Assembly: GCA_963782055.1 (NCBI GenBank)
Contig: CAWAIF010000003.1
Coordinates: 2,560,001-2,624,000, forward strand
Direction of reading: 5' to 3'
Length of the DNA stretch: 64,000 bases
Source: an uncultured delta proteobacterium
GTDB lineage: Bacteria; Myxococcota_A; Polyangia; Polyangiales; Polyangiaceae
Of this stretch, positions 55,971 through 64,000 are shown piece by piece (position 1 is the first letter of the stretch; every line of letters starts with the position of its first letter). The translations under genes were made by a program, and so were the position numbers. The notes below the pieces were generated by a model. That model ran no database searches and was not told the origin of the DNA. It saw only the letters and a list, made by a program, of their open reading frames with translations.

Positions 55971-58448
55971 ATGACCGCAGGCTCGGTGGCCGATCCCAAG
56001 GATGCCTATACGCGCGCACGCGACGCGCACCGCGCTTCGGCCGGAGCCCTCGGCGCGCGGTCGCGGTCCATCGGAACGGCCCGGCTGCTCGTCGCGGTGG
56101 CCGCGGTCGCGGTGATCGTGGCCATGACCTGGGGTCCGATCCCCCGCCTCGCCGGCTGGTCGCTCGAGGCGGGGCTGGTGGCCTTGTTCGTCGCGCTGGT
56201 GGTGCTGCACGCGCGCGTCGAGGCGCGCCGCGAGCGTGCCGAGCTGGCGGTCACCTTCCACGAGCGAGGCCTGGCGCGTCTGGCCGACGACGCGTGGCGC
56301 GCCCTACCCGATGCAGGCGCGATGCCCGACGGCTCGTCACCTGACGCGCACCCCTACGCCGGCGACCTGGACGTGCTCGGCAAGGCCTCCCTCTACAAGC
56401 TCGTCGCCGGCGCGCAGACGCCCTTCGGCGAGCGGACGCTGGCGACGTGGTTGCTCGCCGCGCACGCCCCGCCCTCCGCCGACGCGATCCGGGAGCGGCA
56501 GGCCGCGGTGCGCGAGCTGTCGGCCGACCTGTCCCTGCGCGAGCGCCTCTGGGTCCAGGGCGGCGCGCTCAAGAGCCGCGGCGTGCCGGACGTGGGCGGC
56601 TTCCTCTCGTGGGCAGAGTCCTCCGCCCAGCCTGCGGTCGGTCCGGTGGGGCTCGTCTTCGCGCGGGCGTGGCCCATCGTGACGCTGGCGGCGATGGTGG
56701 TCGGCCACGTGCTGCGCTGGCCGGCCGGGCTCTCCTTCGGGCCTTACGTGGTGGGCTTCGCGGCGGCCTTCGTGTGGCGCCGCTCCCTCGGGCCGGTCAT
56801 CGACGCCGTCGCGTCGCGGGAGGGGAGCGTCGCCGCCTTCGGCGAGATGCTCCGGACCGCGGAGGACGCCAGCTTCGAGGCGCCGCGGCTCAAGGAGGTG
56901 CACGCCGCGTGGAGGCGCGGTGGCACGACGGCGACGGCGGCGATGCGGTCGCTCGGCGCGGTGTGCTCCTTCCTGGAGGCGCAGTCCAACGAGGTGTTCC
57001 GCATCTTCCTGTCCCCCCTCTTCATGCTCGACGCGAACGCCGCCGTGGCGCTGGAGCGCTGGCGCGCGCGGCACGGACGCGACGTGCGGGGGTGGCTGGA
57101 GGCGCTGGGCGAGCTGGAGGCGCTGGAGAGCCTGTCTTCGCTGGCCTTCGACCAGCCGGACTACGCGTGGCCGGAGCTCGTCGAGGAGGCGTGCTTCGAG
57201 GCGGAGGCCCTGGCGCACCCGCTGCTCGCAGCCTCGCGGCGCGTGGCCAATGACGTGACCATCCCCGGGCCGGGCACCGCGCTGCTGGTCACCGGCTCCA
57301 ACATGAGCGGCAAATCGACCCTGCTGCGCGCCGTGGGGCTGGCGGCGGTGCTCGCGGTCGCCGGGGCCCCGGTCTGCGCGAAGCGCCTGCGCCTCGGCGC
57401 GGTGCGCGTCGCCACCAGCATGCGCACCAGCGACTCGCTCGCGGAGGGAACGTCGCGCTTCCTGGCCGAGGTGAAGCGGCTGCGGCTGGTGGTGGACATG
57501 GCGCACCGGGCGCCCGGCCTGCTCTTTCTGCTCGACGAGATCTTGCACGGCACCAACTCTCGCGAGCGCGTCCTCGGCGCCCGCGCGGTGCTGAGCGATC
57601 TGCTGGAGCACGGCGCGCTCGGCGCGATGTCCACCCACGACCTCGGGCTCGCCCACCTGGACGACGAGCACCCCGGGCGCGTCAGGAACGTGCACTTCCA
57701 GGAGCAGGTGGAGGGCGACACCATGACCTTCGACTACCGGCTGCGGGAGGGGGTCGTGCAGAGCTCCAACGCCCTGCGGCTCATGAAGATGGTCGGGCTG
57801 GACGTCCAGAATCTGAGCTCTGAGCCCGGCTCGGGCGAGCTCGGCAGTATCTGCAGTCATTGCGCGCGCGCGCATGTCGTGCACCGCGGATTCGGCGCCT
57901 CACGCGAAATTTCCGGCGAGGAGCGCGGGCACGGCGGTTGCGAGGCGTCGCGCCGTGCATCCGCTCGCTGCCCGTGTCGACAGCGCCCGCCCAAGTCGTT
58001 CATCGACGAGCTGCCTGCACTGTGGGGCGCGGCTGGGGGAGGGGGCCCGCGGCGCCTTCTGTTGCACCGGTTGCGAGGCGGTCCACGCGCTGCTCCGGAG
58101 CGAGGGGCTCGGCCGCTACTACGAGCTGCGCTCCGGCGGCGGTGTGCCGGTGGCGGCCGAGCGCGCGCGCGACCACGCCTGGCTCGAGGCGATCGAGGCG
58201 AAGCGCGCGGGCGACGCCGGCGCCACGGCGGGGCTCTCGCGCGTCGAGCTGGACATGCAGGGCCTGCACTGCAGCGCCTGCGTCTGGCTGGTGGGCGAGC
58301 TCTTTCACCGCGAGGCCGGCGCGGTGGACGTCATGGTGAACCCGGCGCTGGGGCGCGTGTCGCTCGCCGTGGAGCCGTCCTTCCCGCTGCGGCGCTTCGT
58401 GGAGCACGTGGAGTCCTTCGGCTACGTGCTGGGGCCGCGCACGCGTGA
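55971..58448 (+). CDS. Membrane-associated MutS-related ATPase (domain V only); recognisable homology ends near 57810
   Basis: TM segments; LAHPLL, TGSNMSGKST, LLDEILHGTNS, STHD, FDYRLREG, SSNALRLM. Confidence 0.85.
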   Translation: MTAGSVADPKDAYTRARDAHRASAGALGARSRSIGTARLLVAVAAVAVIVAMTWGPIPRLAGWSLEAGLVALFVALVVLHARVEARRERAELAVTFHERGLARLADDAWRALPDAGAMPDGSSPDAHPYAGDLDVLGKASLYKLVAGAQTPFGERTLATWLLAAHAPPSADAIRERQAAVRELSADLSLRERLWVQGGALKSRGVPDVGGFLSWAESSAQPAVGPVGLVFARAWPIVTLAAMVVGHVLRWPAGLSFGPYVVGFAAAFVWRRSLGPVIDAVASREGSVAAFGEMLRTAEDASFEAPRLKEVHAAWRRGGTTATAAMRSLGAVCSFLEAQSNEVFRIFLSPLFMLDANAAVALERWRARHGRDVRGWLEALGELEALESLSSLAFDQPDYAWPELVEEACFEAEALAHPLLAASRRVANDVTIPGPGTALLVTGSNMSGKSTLLRAVGLAAVLAVAGAPVCAKRLRLGAVRVATSMRTSDSLAEGTSRFLAEVKRLRLVVDMAHRAPGLLFLLDEILHGTNSRERVLGARAVLSDLLEHGALGAMSTHDLGLAHLDDEHPGRVRNVHFQEQVEGDTMTFDYRLREGVVQSSNALRLMKMVGLDVQNLSSEPGSGELGSICSHCARAHVVHRGFGASREISGEERGHGGCEASRRASARCPCRQRPPKSFIDELPALWGAAGGGGPRRLLLHRLRGGPRAAPERGARPLLRAALRRRCAGGGRARARPRLARGDRGEARGRRRRHGGALARRAGHAGPALQRLRLAGGRALSPRGRRGGRHGEPGAGARVARRGAVLPAAALRGARGVLRLRAGAAHA

Positions 58449-60339
58449 CGGCCGTTCGCAGGCGCGTGGCCTGCTCACGCGGCTGGGCGTCTCGGTGGCG
58501 CTCTCGCTGAACGCGATGATCTTCGCCATCGCCGGCTACGCCGGCCTGGCGACCGGGCCGCTGCACCGCCTCTTCGGGGCGCTGAACCTCGGCCTCGCCA
58601 CCGGGGTGGTGCTGGTGGGCGGGACCGTCTTCTTCCGCGCGGCGTGGCAGGGGCTTCGCCGCCGCGCGCTGCACCTGGACCTGCCCATCGCGCTCGGGAT
58701 CGCCGCCTCGTACGCCGGGTCGGTGCACGCGTGGGCGACCGGCGGCGCGCCGTACTTCGATACGGTGTGCGTCTTCGTCACGCTGATGCTCGCCGGTCGC
58801 TTCCTGCGCCAGCGCGTGCTGGAGAAGAACCGGCGCATGCTGCTGGAGGGCGCGGACGCGAGCGGCCTGCTCACCCGCCGGGTGGGCGAGGGCGGCTCGC
58901 CCGAGCTCGTGCCGTGCACGCGTGTGCGCGAGGGCGACAGGCTCTGGATCGGCCCGGGGGACCTCCTGCCGGTCGACGGGCGCGTGGAGGAGGAGGCGAG
59001 CTTCTCGCTCGACTGGATCAGCGGCGAGAGCGCGCCGCGCCGCTACGAGGCCGGCGCCGCCGCGCCCGCCGGCGCGTTCAACACCGGGAGCTCTGCCGTC
59101 GTGGTGCGGGCGGAGACCGACTTCGAGTCGTCGCCCCTCGTGGACATCCTGCGCACGCCGGTGCGGGGCGTCGACGACGCGCGCGGGCAGCCGCCGCTCT
59201 GGCAGCGCTTCGCGTCGGTCTACGTCGTCGGCGTCCTGGCGCTGGCGCTCGGCGGCTTCGCCGCGTGGCTCCACCTCTCGCACGACCTGCACAGGGCGAT
59301 CGGCGTCGCCACGGCGGTGCTGGTGGTGACGTGCCCGTGCGCCTTCGGCATCGCCACGCCGCTCGGGTACGAGGTGGTGCAGGCCGAGCTGCGCCGCCGC
59401 GGGCTCTTCGTGCGCTCCGCGGGGTTTCTGGACCGCGCGGCTCGCGTCACGCGGGTGGCGTTCGACAAGACGGGTACGCTGACCACGGGGTCCCTCGACT
59501 TGCAGGACGCAAGCGTCCTGGACGGACTGGACGCGCGGGACGCGTCGGTGCTCGGCGCGCTCGCCGCCGCGACGGCGCACCCCAAGAGCGCCGCGGTCCA
59601 CGGCGAGCTGGCGCGGAGGGGTGTGGCGCCGGCGCCCGTGCGCGCGGCGGAGGTGGCGGGCCGTGGGGTGGAGGTCATGGTGGACGGCGCGCGCTACCGC
59701 CTGGGCGAGCCGGCTTGGGTCGCGCCCGACGCCGCGGGCGACATCGCCTTCGGCCGCGACGGGCGGGCCCTGGTGTCGCTCGCGACGCAGGAGACGCTGC
59801 GTCCCGACGCGCGCGCGGAGGTCGCCAAGCTGGGCGAGGCGGGCCTGGACGTCTGGATCCTCAGCGGCGACGAGCCGGCGCGCGTGCGCGCCGTCGCGCG
59901 GGAGGTCGGCGTGCCGGAGTCGCGGGCGCTCGGCGGTCTTTCGGCGGACGACAAGGCCGCGTGGCTGCGCGCGAACGACCGCGGCGACACGCTGATGGTC
60001 GGCGACGGCATCAACGACCTGCGCGCGGTCGCGCTGGCGACGTGCTCCGGGACGCCCGCGGTGGACCGGCCGTTCGTCGCCGCCCGCTCCGACTTCTACT
60101 TCACCACCCCCGGGCTCGCGCCCATCCGCGCGTCCGTCCGCGCCGGCCGCCAGCTCGGCCGCGTGGTGCGCCGCAACCTCGCCGTCGCCCTCACTTACAA
60201 CGCCGCCGCCGTCGGCGTTGCCCTCGCCGGCCTGATGACGCCGCTCTTCTGCGCCGTCCTCATGCCCGCGAGCTCCCTCTCCACCATCTTCGCGACGGTC
60301 GTGTCGCTCTCAGCAAGGAGTCGTGCATGGAGGTCATAG
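57874..60339 (+). CDS. ccoI: CcoI/FixI-type heavy-metal (Cu) P1B ATPase; start codon uncertain
   Basis: CLHC/FCCTGC N-domain, HCSAC, CPC, DKTGTLT, GDGIND; upstream of the cco genes. Confidence 0.88.
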   Translation: MSCTADSAPHAKFPARSAGTAVARRRAVHPLAARVDSARPSRSSTSCLHCGARLGEGARGAFCCTGCEAVHALLRSEGLGRYYELRSGGGVPVAAERARDHAWLEAIEAKRAGDAGATAGLSRVELDMQGLHCSACVWLVGELFHREAGAVDVMVNPALGRVSLAVEPSFPLRRFVEHVESFGYVLGPRTRDGRSQARGLLTRLGVSVALSLNAMIFAIAGYAGLATGPLHRLFGALNLGLATGVVLVGGTVFFRAAWQGLRRRALHLDLPIALGIAASYAGSVHAWATGGAPYFDTVCVFVTLMLAGRFLRQRVLEKNRRMLLEGADASGLLTRRVGEGGSPELVPCTRVREGDRLWIGPGDLLPVDGRVEEEASFSLDWISGESAPRRYEAGAAAPAGAFNTGSSAVVVRAETDFESSPLVDILRTPVRGVDDARGQPPLWQRFASVYVVGVLALALGGFAAWLHLSHDLHRAIGVATAVLVVTCPCAFGIATPLGYEVVQAELRRRGLFVRSAGFLDRAARVTRVAFDKTGTLTTGSLDLQDASVLDGLDARDASVLGALAAATAHPKSAAVHGELARRGVAPAPVRAAEVAGRGVEVMVDGARYRLGEPAWVAPDAAGDIAFGRDGRALVSLATQETLRPDARAEVAKLGEAGLDVWILSGDEPARVRAVAREVGVPESRALGGLSADDKAAWLRANDRGDTLMVGDGINDLRAVALATCSGTPAVDRPFVAARSDFYFTTPGLAPIRASVRAGRQLGRVVRRNLAVALTYNAAAVGVALAGLMTPLFCAVLMPASSLSTIFATVVSLSARSRAWRS

Positions 60340-60485
60340 CGCTTCAGGTGTTCGTGAGTCTGGTGCTGGTCGCCGGGTCGGTGATGCTCTTCTGGTTCTC
60401 CAGCCGCAAGCACACCTTCGAGCACGCCGACCGCCTGGCCCTGCTGCCGATCGAGGACGACACCACGACGGAGCCGTCCCGATGA
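60327..60485 (+). CDS. ccoS: cbb3 oxidase maturation protein
   Basis: 52 aa, MEVIALQVFVSLVLV TM segment then FEHADRLALLPIED; RBS AAGGAG. Confidence 0.75.
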   Translation: MEVIALQVFVSLVLVAGSVMLFWFSSRKHTFEHADRLALLPIEDDTTTEPSR

Positions 60486-62857
60486 GCGCTCCCGACATCG
60501 CCTCCGCGCCGCTTCAGAACGGCCGCGTCGACGAGGGGCAGGAGGACGGCGTCCTCGAGAAGAAGACCATCGTCTACAACGACGACCTGGCGCGGAAGTT
60601 CGTCCTCGCGTCGGTGGTCTGGGGCCTCGTCGGCATGCTGGTCGGCGTCGTCATCGCCCTGCAGCTCGCCTGGTGGCCGGCGAACGTCCACCCGATGCTC
60701 AGCTTCGGGCGGCTCCGGCCGCTGCACACCAACGCGGTGATCTTCGCCTTCGTCGGCAACATGATCTTCGCCGGCGTCTACTACTCGACGCAGCGCCTGG
60801 TGAAGGCGCGCGCCGCCTCCGATCTGCTCGGCAAGATCCACTTCTGGGGCTGGCAGGCGATCATCGTCTCCGCCGCCATCACGCTGCCGCTCGGCTACAC
60901 GCAGGCCAAGGAGTACGCCGAGCTGGAGTGGCCCATCGACATCGCCATCGCGGTGATCTGGGTCATCTTCGCGATCAACTTCTTCTGGACGCTCGCGCGG
61001 CGCGTGGAGAAGCACCTCTACGTCGCCATCTGGTTCTACATCGCCTCCATCGTCACGGTGGCGGTGCTGCACGTGGTCAACAGCCTCGCGCTGCCGGTCT
61101 TCGCGCTCAAGAGCTACTCCATCTACGGCGGCGCGAAGGACGCGCTGGTGCAGTGGTGGTACGGGCACAACGCCGTCGCCTTCGTGCTCACGACGCCGAT
61201 CCTCGGCATCATGTACTACTTCTTGCCCAAGTCGGTGGGCCGGCCGGTCTACAGCTACCGGCTCTCCATCATCCACTTCTGGGCGCTCATCTTCATCTAC
61301 ATCTGGGCGGGCCCGCACCACCTGCTCAACACCGCGCTGCCGCAGTGGGCGCAGACGCTCGGGATGATCTTCAGCATCATGCTCTGGGCGCCGAGCTGGG
61401 GCGGCATGCTCAACGGCCTGCTCACCCTGCGCGGGGCGTGGGACAAGCTGCGGACCGACCCGGTGGTCAAGTTCTTCGCCGCGGGCGTCACCTTCTACGG
61501 CATGGCCACCTTCGAGGGGCCGCTGCTCTCCATCCGCAGCGTCAACGGCCTGGCGCACTACACCGACTGGATCATCGGCCACGTCCACAGCGGCGCGCTC
61601 GGCTGGAACGGGTTCATGGCGGCGGGCATGTTCTACTGGATGGTGCCGCGCCTTTACGGCACCAAGCTGCACTCCCGCAAGCTCGCCGACTTCCACTTCT
61701 ACATCGGCACCTTCGGCATCCTGCTCTACGTCGTCGCGATGTGGGTGAGCGGGATCACCCAGGGCCTGATGTGGCGGCAGCTCAACCCCGACGGCTCGCT
61801 CGCGTACCCCAACTTCGTCGAGACGCTGCTGGCCATCAAGCCGATGTACTGGATGCGCCTCGTCGGCGGGTCGATGTACCTGCTCGGCTTCCTCTTGATG
61901 GCCTACAACCTGCTGCGCACCGCGCGCTCCGGCGCGCCGGTGGACGGCAAGGTGACGGTCGCCGTCCCGGTCCCCGACGAGGAGTCGCGCGTGCCGTGGA
62001 CGCAGGTCCTCTTCGGCAAGCCGGTCATCCTGGTCACCGTGGTGGTCGGGCTGGTGGGCACCGTGGCGGTCGTCAACGCGGTGGCGACGGTCACCATGCT
62101 GACGCTCGCCGCGGTGGTGGCCATCGCCGGCACCGTGGCGCTGCAGCTCACGCGCGACGGCGGCAAGCCGACCTGGCACCGCATGGTGGAGGGGCGCGCG
62201 CTCATCTTCACCGTGCTCGCGCTGGTGGCGGTGCTCGTCGGCGGGCTGGCGGAGCTCATCCCGGTGGTGGTGGTGCAGACGCCCATCGCCGCGCAGGGGC
62301 AGCGCCCGTACCGCCCGCTGGAGCTGGAGGGACGCGACGTCTACATCCGCGAGGGGTGCTTCAACTGCCACTCGCAGCAGATCCGCTCCTTCGACTTCGA
62401 GGCCAAACGCTACGGCCCCATCTCCAGGCTGGCCGACTCGCAGTACGACCACCCCTTCCTCTGGGGCAGCAAGCGCACCGGACCGGATCTCGCGCGGGAG
62501 GGCGGGAAGTACCCCGACTCCTGGCACTACGAGCACCTGCGCGACCCGCGGTCCATCTCGCCGGGGTCCAACATGCCGCCGTACCGGCACTTCGTGAACG
62601 GGCGCGTGGACCTCTCGCGCACCGCGACCAAGGTGCGGGCGATGCAGACGCTGGGCGTGCCCTACACCCAGAAGGACATCGACGGCGCGGTGGCCGACGC
62701 CAGGGCGCAGCAGACCCAGATCGCCGGGTCGCTCGCGACGCAGGGGATCCACGTGGACCCCGACGCCGACATGGTCGCGATCATCGCGTACCTCCAGTCG
62801 CTCGGCGTGTCGAGCAAGCAACCCCAACCCGGCGGCGCGGTCGCCGCGAGCCCGTGA
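60482..62857 (+). CDS. ccoN: Fused cbb3-type cytochrome c oxidase subunits I/II (CcoN-CcoO)
   Basis: FGRLRPLHTN, QWWYGHN, WAGPHH, IGHVHSG; CcoO part EGCFNCHSQ, WGSKRTGPDL. Confidence 0.95.
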   Translation: MSAPDIASAPLQNGRVDEGQEDGVLEKKTIVYNDDLARKFVLASVVWGLVGMLVGVVIALQLAWWPANVHPMLSFGRLRPLHTNAVIFAFVGNMIFAGVYYSTQRLVKARAASDLLGKIHFWGWQAIIVSAAITLPLGYTQAKEYAELEWPIDIAIAVIWVIFAINFFWTLARRVEKHLYVAIWFYIASIVTVAVLHVVNSLALPVFALKSYSIYGGAKDALVQWWYGHNAVAFVLTTPILGIMYYFLPKSVGRPVYSYRLSIIHFWALIFIYIWAGPHHLLNTALPQWAQTLGMIFSIMLWAPSWGGMLNGLLTLRGAWDKLRTDPVVKFFAAGVTFYGMATFEGPLLSIRSVNGLAHYTDWIIGHVHSGALGWNGFMAAGMFYWMVPRLYGTKLHSRKLADFHFYIGTFGILLYVVAMWVSGITQGLMWRQLNPDGSLAYPNFVETLLAIKPMYWMRLVGGSMYLLGFLLMAYNLLRTARSGAPVDGKVTVAVPVPDEESRVPWTQVLFGKPVILVTVVVGLVGTVAVVNAVATVTMLTLAAVVAIAGTVALQLTRDGGKPTWHRMVEGRALIFTVLALVAVLVGGLAELIPVVVVQTPIAAQGQRPYRPLELEGRDVYIREGCFNCHSQQIRSFDFEAKRYGPISRLADSQYDHPFLWGSKRTGPDLAREGGKYPDSWHYEHLRDPRSISPGSNMPPYRHFVNGRVDLSRTATKVRAMQTLGVPYTQKDIDGAVADARAQQTQIAGSLATQGIHVDPDADMVAIIAYLQSLGVSSKQPQPGGAVAASP

Positions 62858-62870
62858 GAGGAGGCGCGCC

Positions 62871-63047
62871 ATGCTGGAGCTCTTTCGCGACCTGATGATC
62901 CACAGCGAGCTGCTCGCGTTGCCGCTCGTCGCCCTCTTCCTCTTCATCGCCGTCTTCGCAGGGATCGTGGTGCGGGTGATGCGGCAGCCCCCATCGCACT
63001 ACGCCGCCCAGGAAGCCCTGCCGCTCGGGGAGGATCGCCATGAGTGA
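62871..63047 (+). CDS. ccoQ: CcoQ-like small subunit, 58 aa
   Basis: Single TM then YAAQEALPL; lies between ccoNO and ccoP; RBS GAGGAGG; absent from the ORF track because of its size. Confidence 0.7.
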   Translation: MLELFRDLMIHSELLALPLVALFLFIAVFAGIVVRVMRQPPSHYAAQEALPLGEDRHE

Positions 63048-63660
63048 CGACAAGCGCCCGGAGCAAGACACGGAGAAGAGCTGGCCGCCGGTCGAGGCGC
63101 AGGGCCAGCAGGATCGGGTGATCCACGAGTACGACGGCATCGAGGAGTACGACAACGACCTGCCGCGCTGGTGGCTGTACACGCTCTACGGGGCCGTCGT
63201 CTTCGCGTGCGTCTACTGGCTCGGCTACCACACCTTCAAGTCCGCCGACCTCCCCGACGCGGCGTACGAGCACCAGCTCGCCGCCGAGCGCGCGAAGGAG
63301 GCCGAGCGCATCAAGTCGCAGGGCGTGGTCACCCCGGCGGCGCTCGTGCTGCTGTCGAAGGACGACGCCACCGTCAAGAAGGGCAAGGAGGTCTTCACGC
63401 AGAACTGCGTGGCGTGCCACCGCGCCGACGCCGGCGGCAACATCGGTCCCAACCTCACCGACGACACCTGGATCCACGGCGGCAAGCCGGACGAGATCTA
63501 CAAGACCGTCACCGAGGGCGTCGCCGCGAAGGGCATGCCCACCTGGGGGCCGCAGCTCGGGCAGGAGCGCGTGGAGTCGGTGGTGGCGTACGTGCTCACG
63601 CTCCGGAACACCAACGTCGCGGGGGGCAAGGCGCCGCAGGGCGACATCGTGGTGAAGTAG
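63040..63660 (+). CDS. ccoP: cbb3 oxidase subunit III (mono-heme)
   Basis: HEYDGIEEYDNDLPRWW, CVACH, GPNLTD, GMPTW. Confidence 0.92.
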   Translation: MSDDKRPEQDTEKSWPPVEAQGQQDRVIHEYDGIEEYDNDLPRWWLYTLYGAVVFACVYWLGYHTFKSADLPDAAYEHQLAAERAKEAERIKSQGVVTPAALVLLSKDDATVKKGKEVFTQNCVACHRADAGGNIGPNLTDDTWIHGGKPDEIYKTVTEGVAAKGMPTWGPQLGQERVESVVAYVLTLRNTNVAGGKAPQGDIVVK

Positions 63661-64000
63661 ATGGCCGAGCCTCGCCGACTGCCGCTCTTGCCGCCGCAGG
63701 TCCTGAAGGGGTCGCTGCAGTCGGACGGGTCACGTGAGTTCGTCCACACCGCCGACGTGCGCGGGCGGTTCACCACCGCCCGTCGCGTCGTCTTCGCCCT
63801 GCTCATCGCCTTGTGGATCGCGCTGCCCTGGCTGAAGGTGCGCGGCAACCCCGCCGTCTTCCTGGACGTCGATCAGCGCCGCTTCTACCTCTTCGGGGCG
63901 ACCTTCAACGCGCAGGACACCTACCTGCTCTTCTTCGTGCTCACCGGCGTCGGCTTCTCCCTCGTCTACGTGACCGCGCTGCTCGGCCGCGTGTGGTGCG
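63661..64000 (+). CDS. ccoG: Cytochrome c oxidase accessory protein, truncated by the window edge
   Basis: Manual translation: VRGRF...LPWL...FLDVDQRRFYLFG...GRVWC. Confidence 0.85.
   Translation, partial: MAEPRRLPLLPPQVLKGSLQSDGSREFVHTADVRGRFTTARRVVFALLIALWIALPWLKVRGNPAVFLDVDQRRFYLFGATFNAQDTYLLFFVLTGVGFSLVYVTALLGRVWC

Noticed and set aside
57810..57960. FNR/FixK box upstream of the cbb3 cluster
   Set aside because: No TTGAT-N4-ATCAA-like site was found

Overview
Very GC-rich chromosomal segment, most consistent with a myxobacterium and probably Polyangiales/Sorangiineae. That placement is inferred from the gsp gene order, three Hanks-type kinases, Cys-rich lipoproteins with DGG/DAG linkers and a fused ccoNO. 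Contents in order: a type II secretion operon (gspC-D-E-F-G'-G-H-I-J-K-L-M-N, 51-14972); a 2.1-kb accessory patch (14973-17135); housekeeping and signalling genes (btpA-like, three Ser/Thr kinases, purD, DUF1015, lon, amino-acid permease, hom, murI, pcm, UDG, glutathione peroxidase, aldehyde dehydrogenase, apt, surE, prolyl oligopeptidase, MutS-related ATPase); a VKOR-DsbA/OmpA-like/TlpA redox cluster beside tandem Cys-rich lipoproteins; and a cbb3 oxidase cluster that runs off the right edge. The accessory patch is the standout. It holds two convergent four-helix-bundle (IVP/Avd-like) genes plus a 5'-truncated third copy. Each intact gene has a homologous 200-260 nt non-coding leader with a 14-bp stem showing four compensatory base-pair changes and a nested, repeated internal-loop motif. 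A gene-less hairpin carries the same motif, and hexamer repeat tracts separate the units. No rRNA, tRNA, CRISPR array, transposase or reverse transcriptase was recognised. All calls come from reading motifs by eye; no database searches were run.
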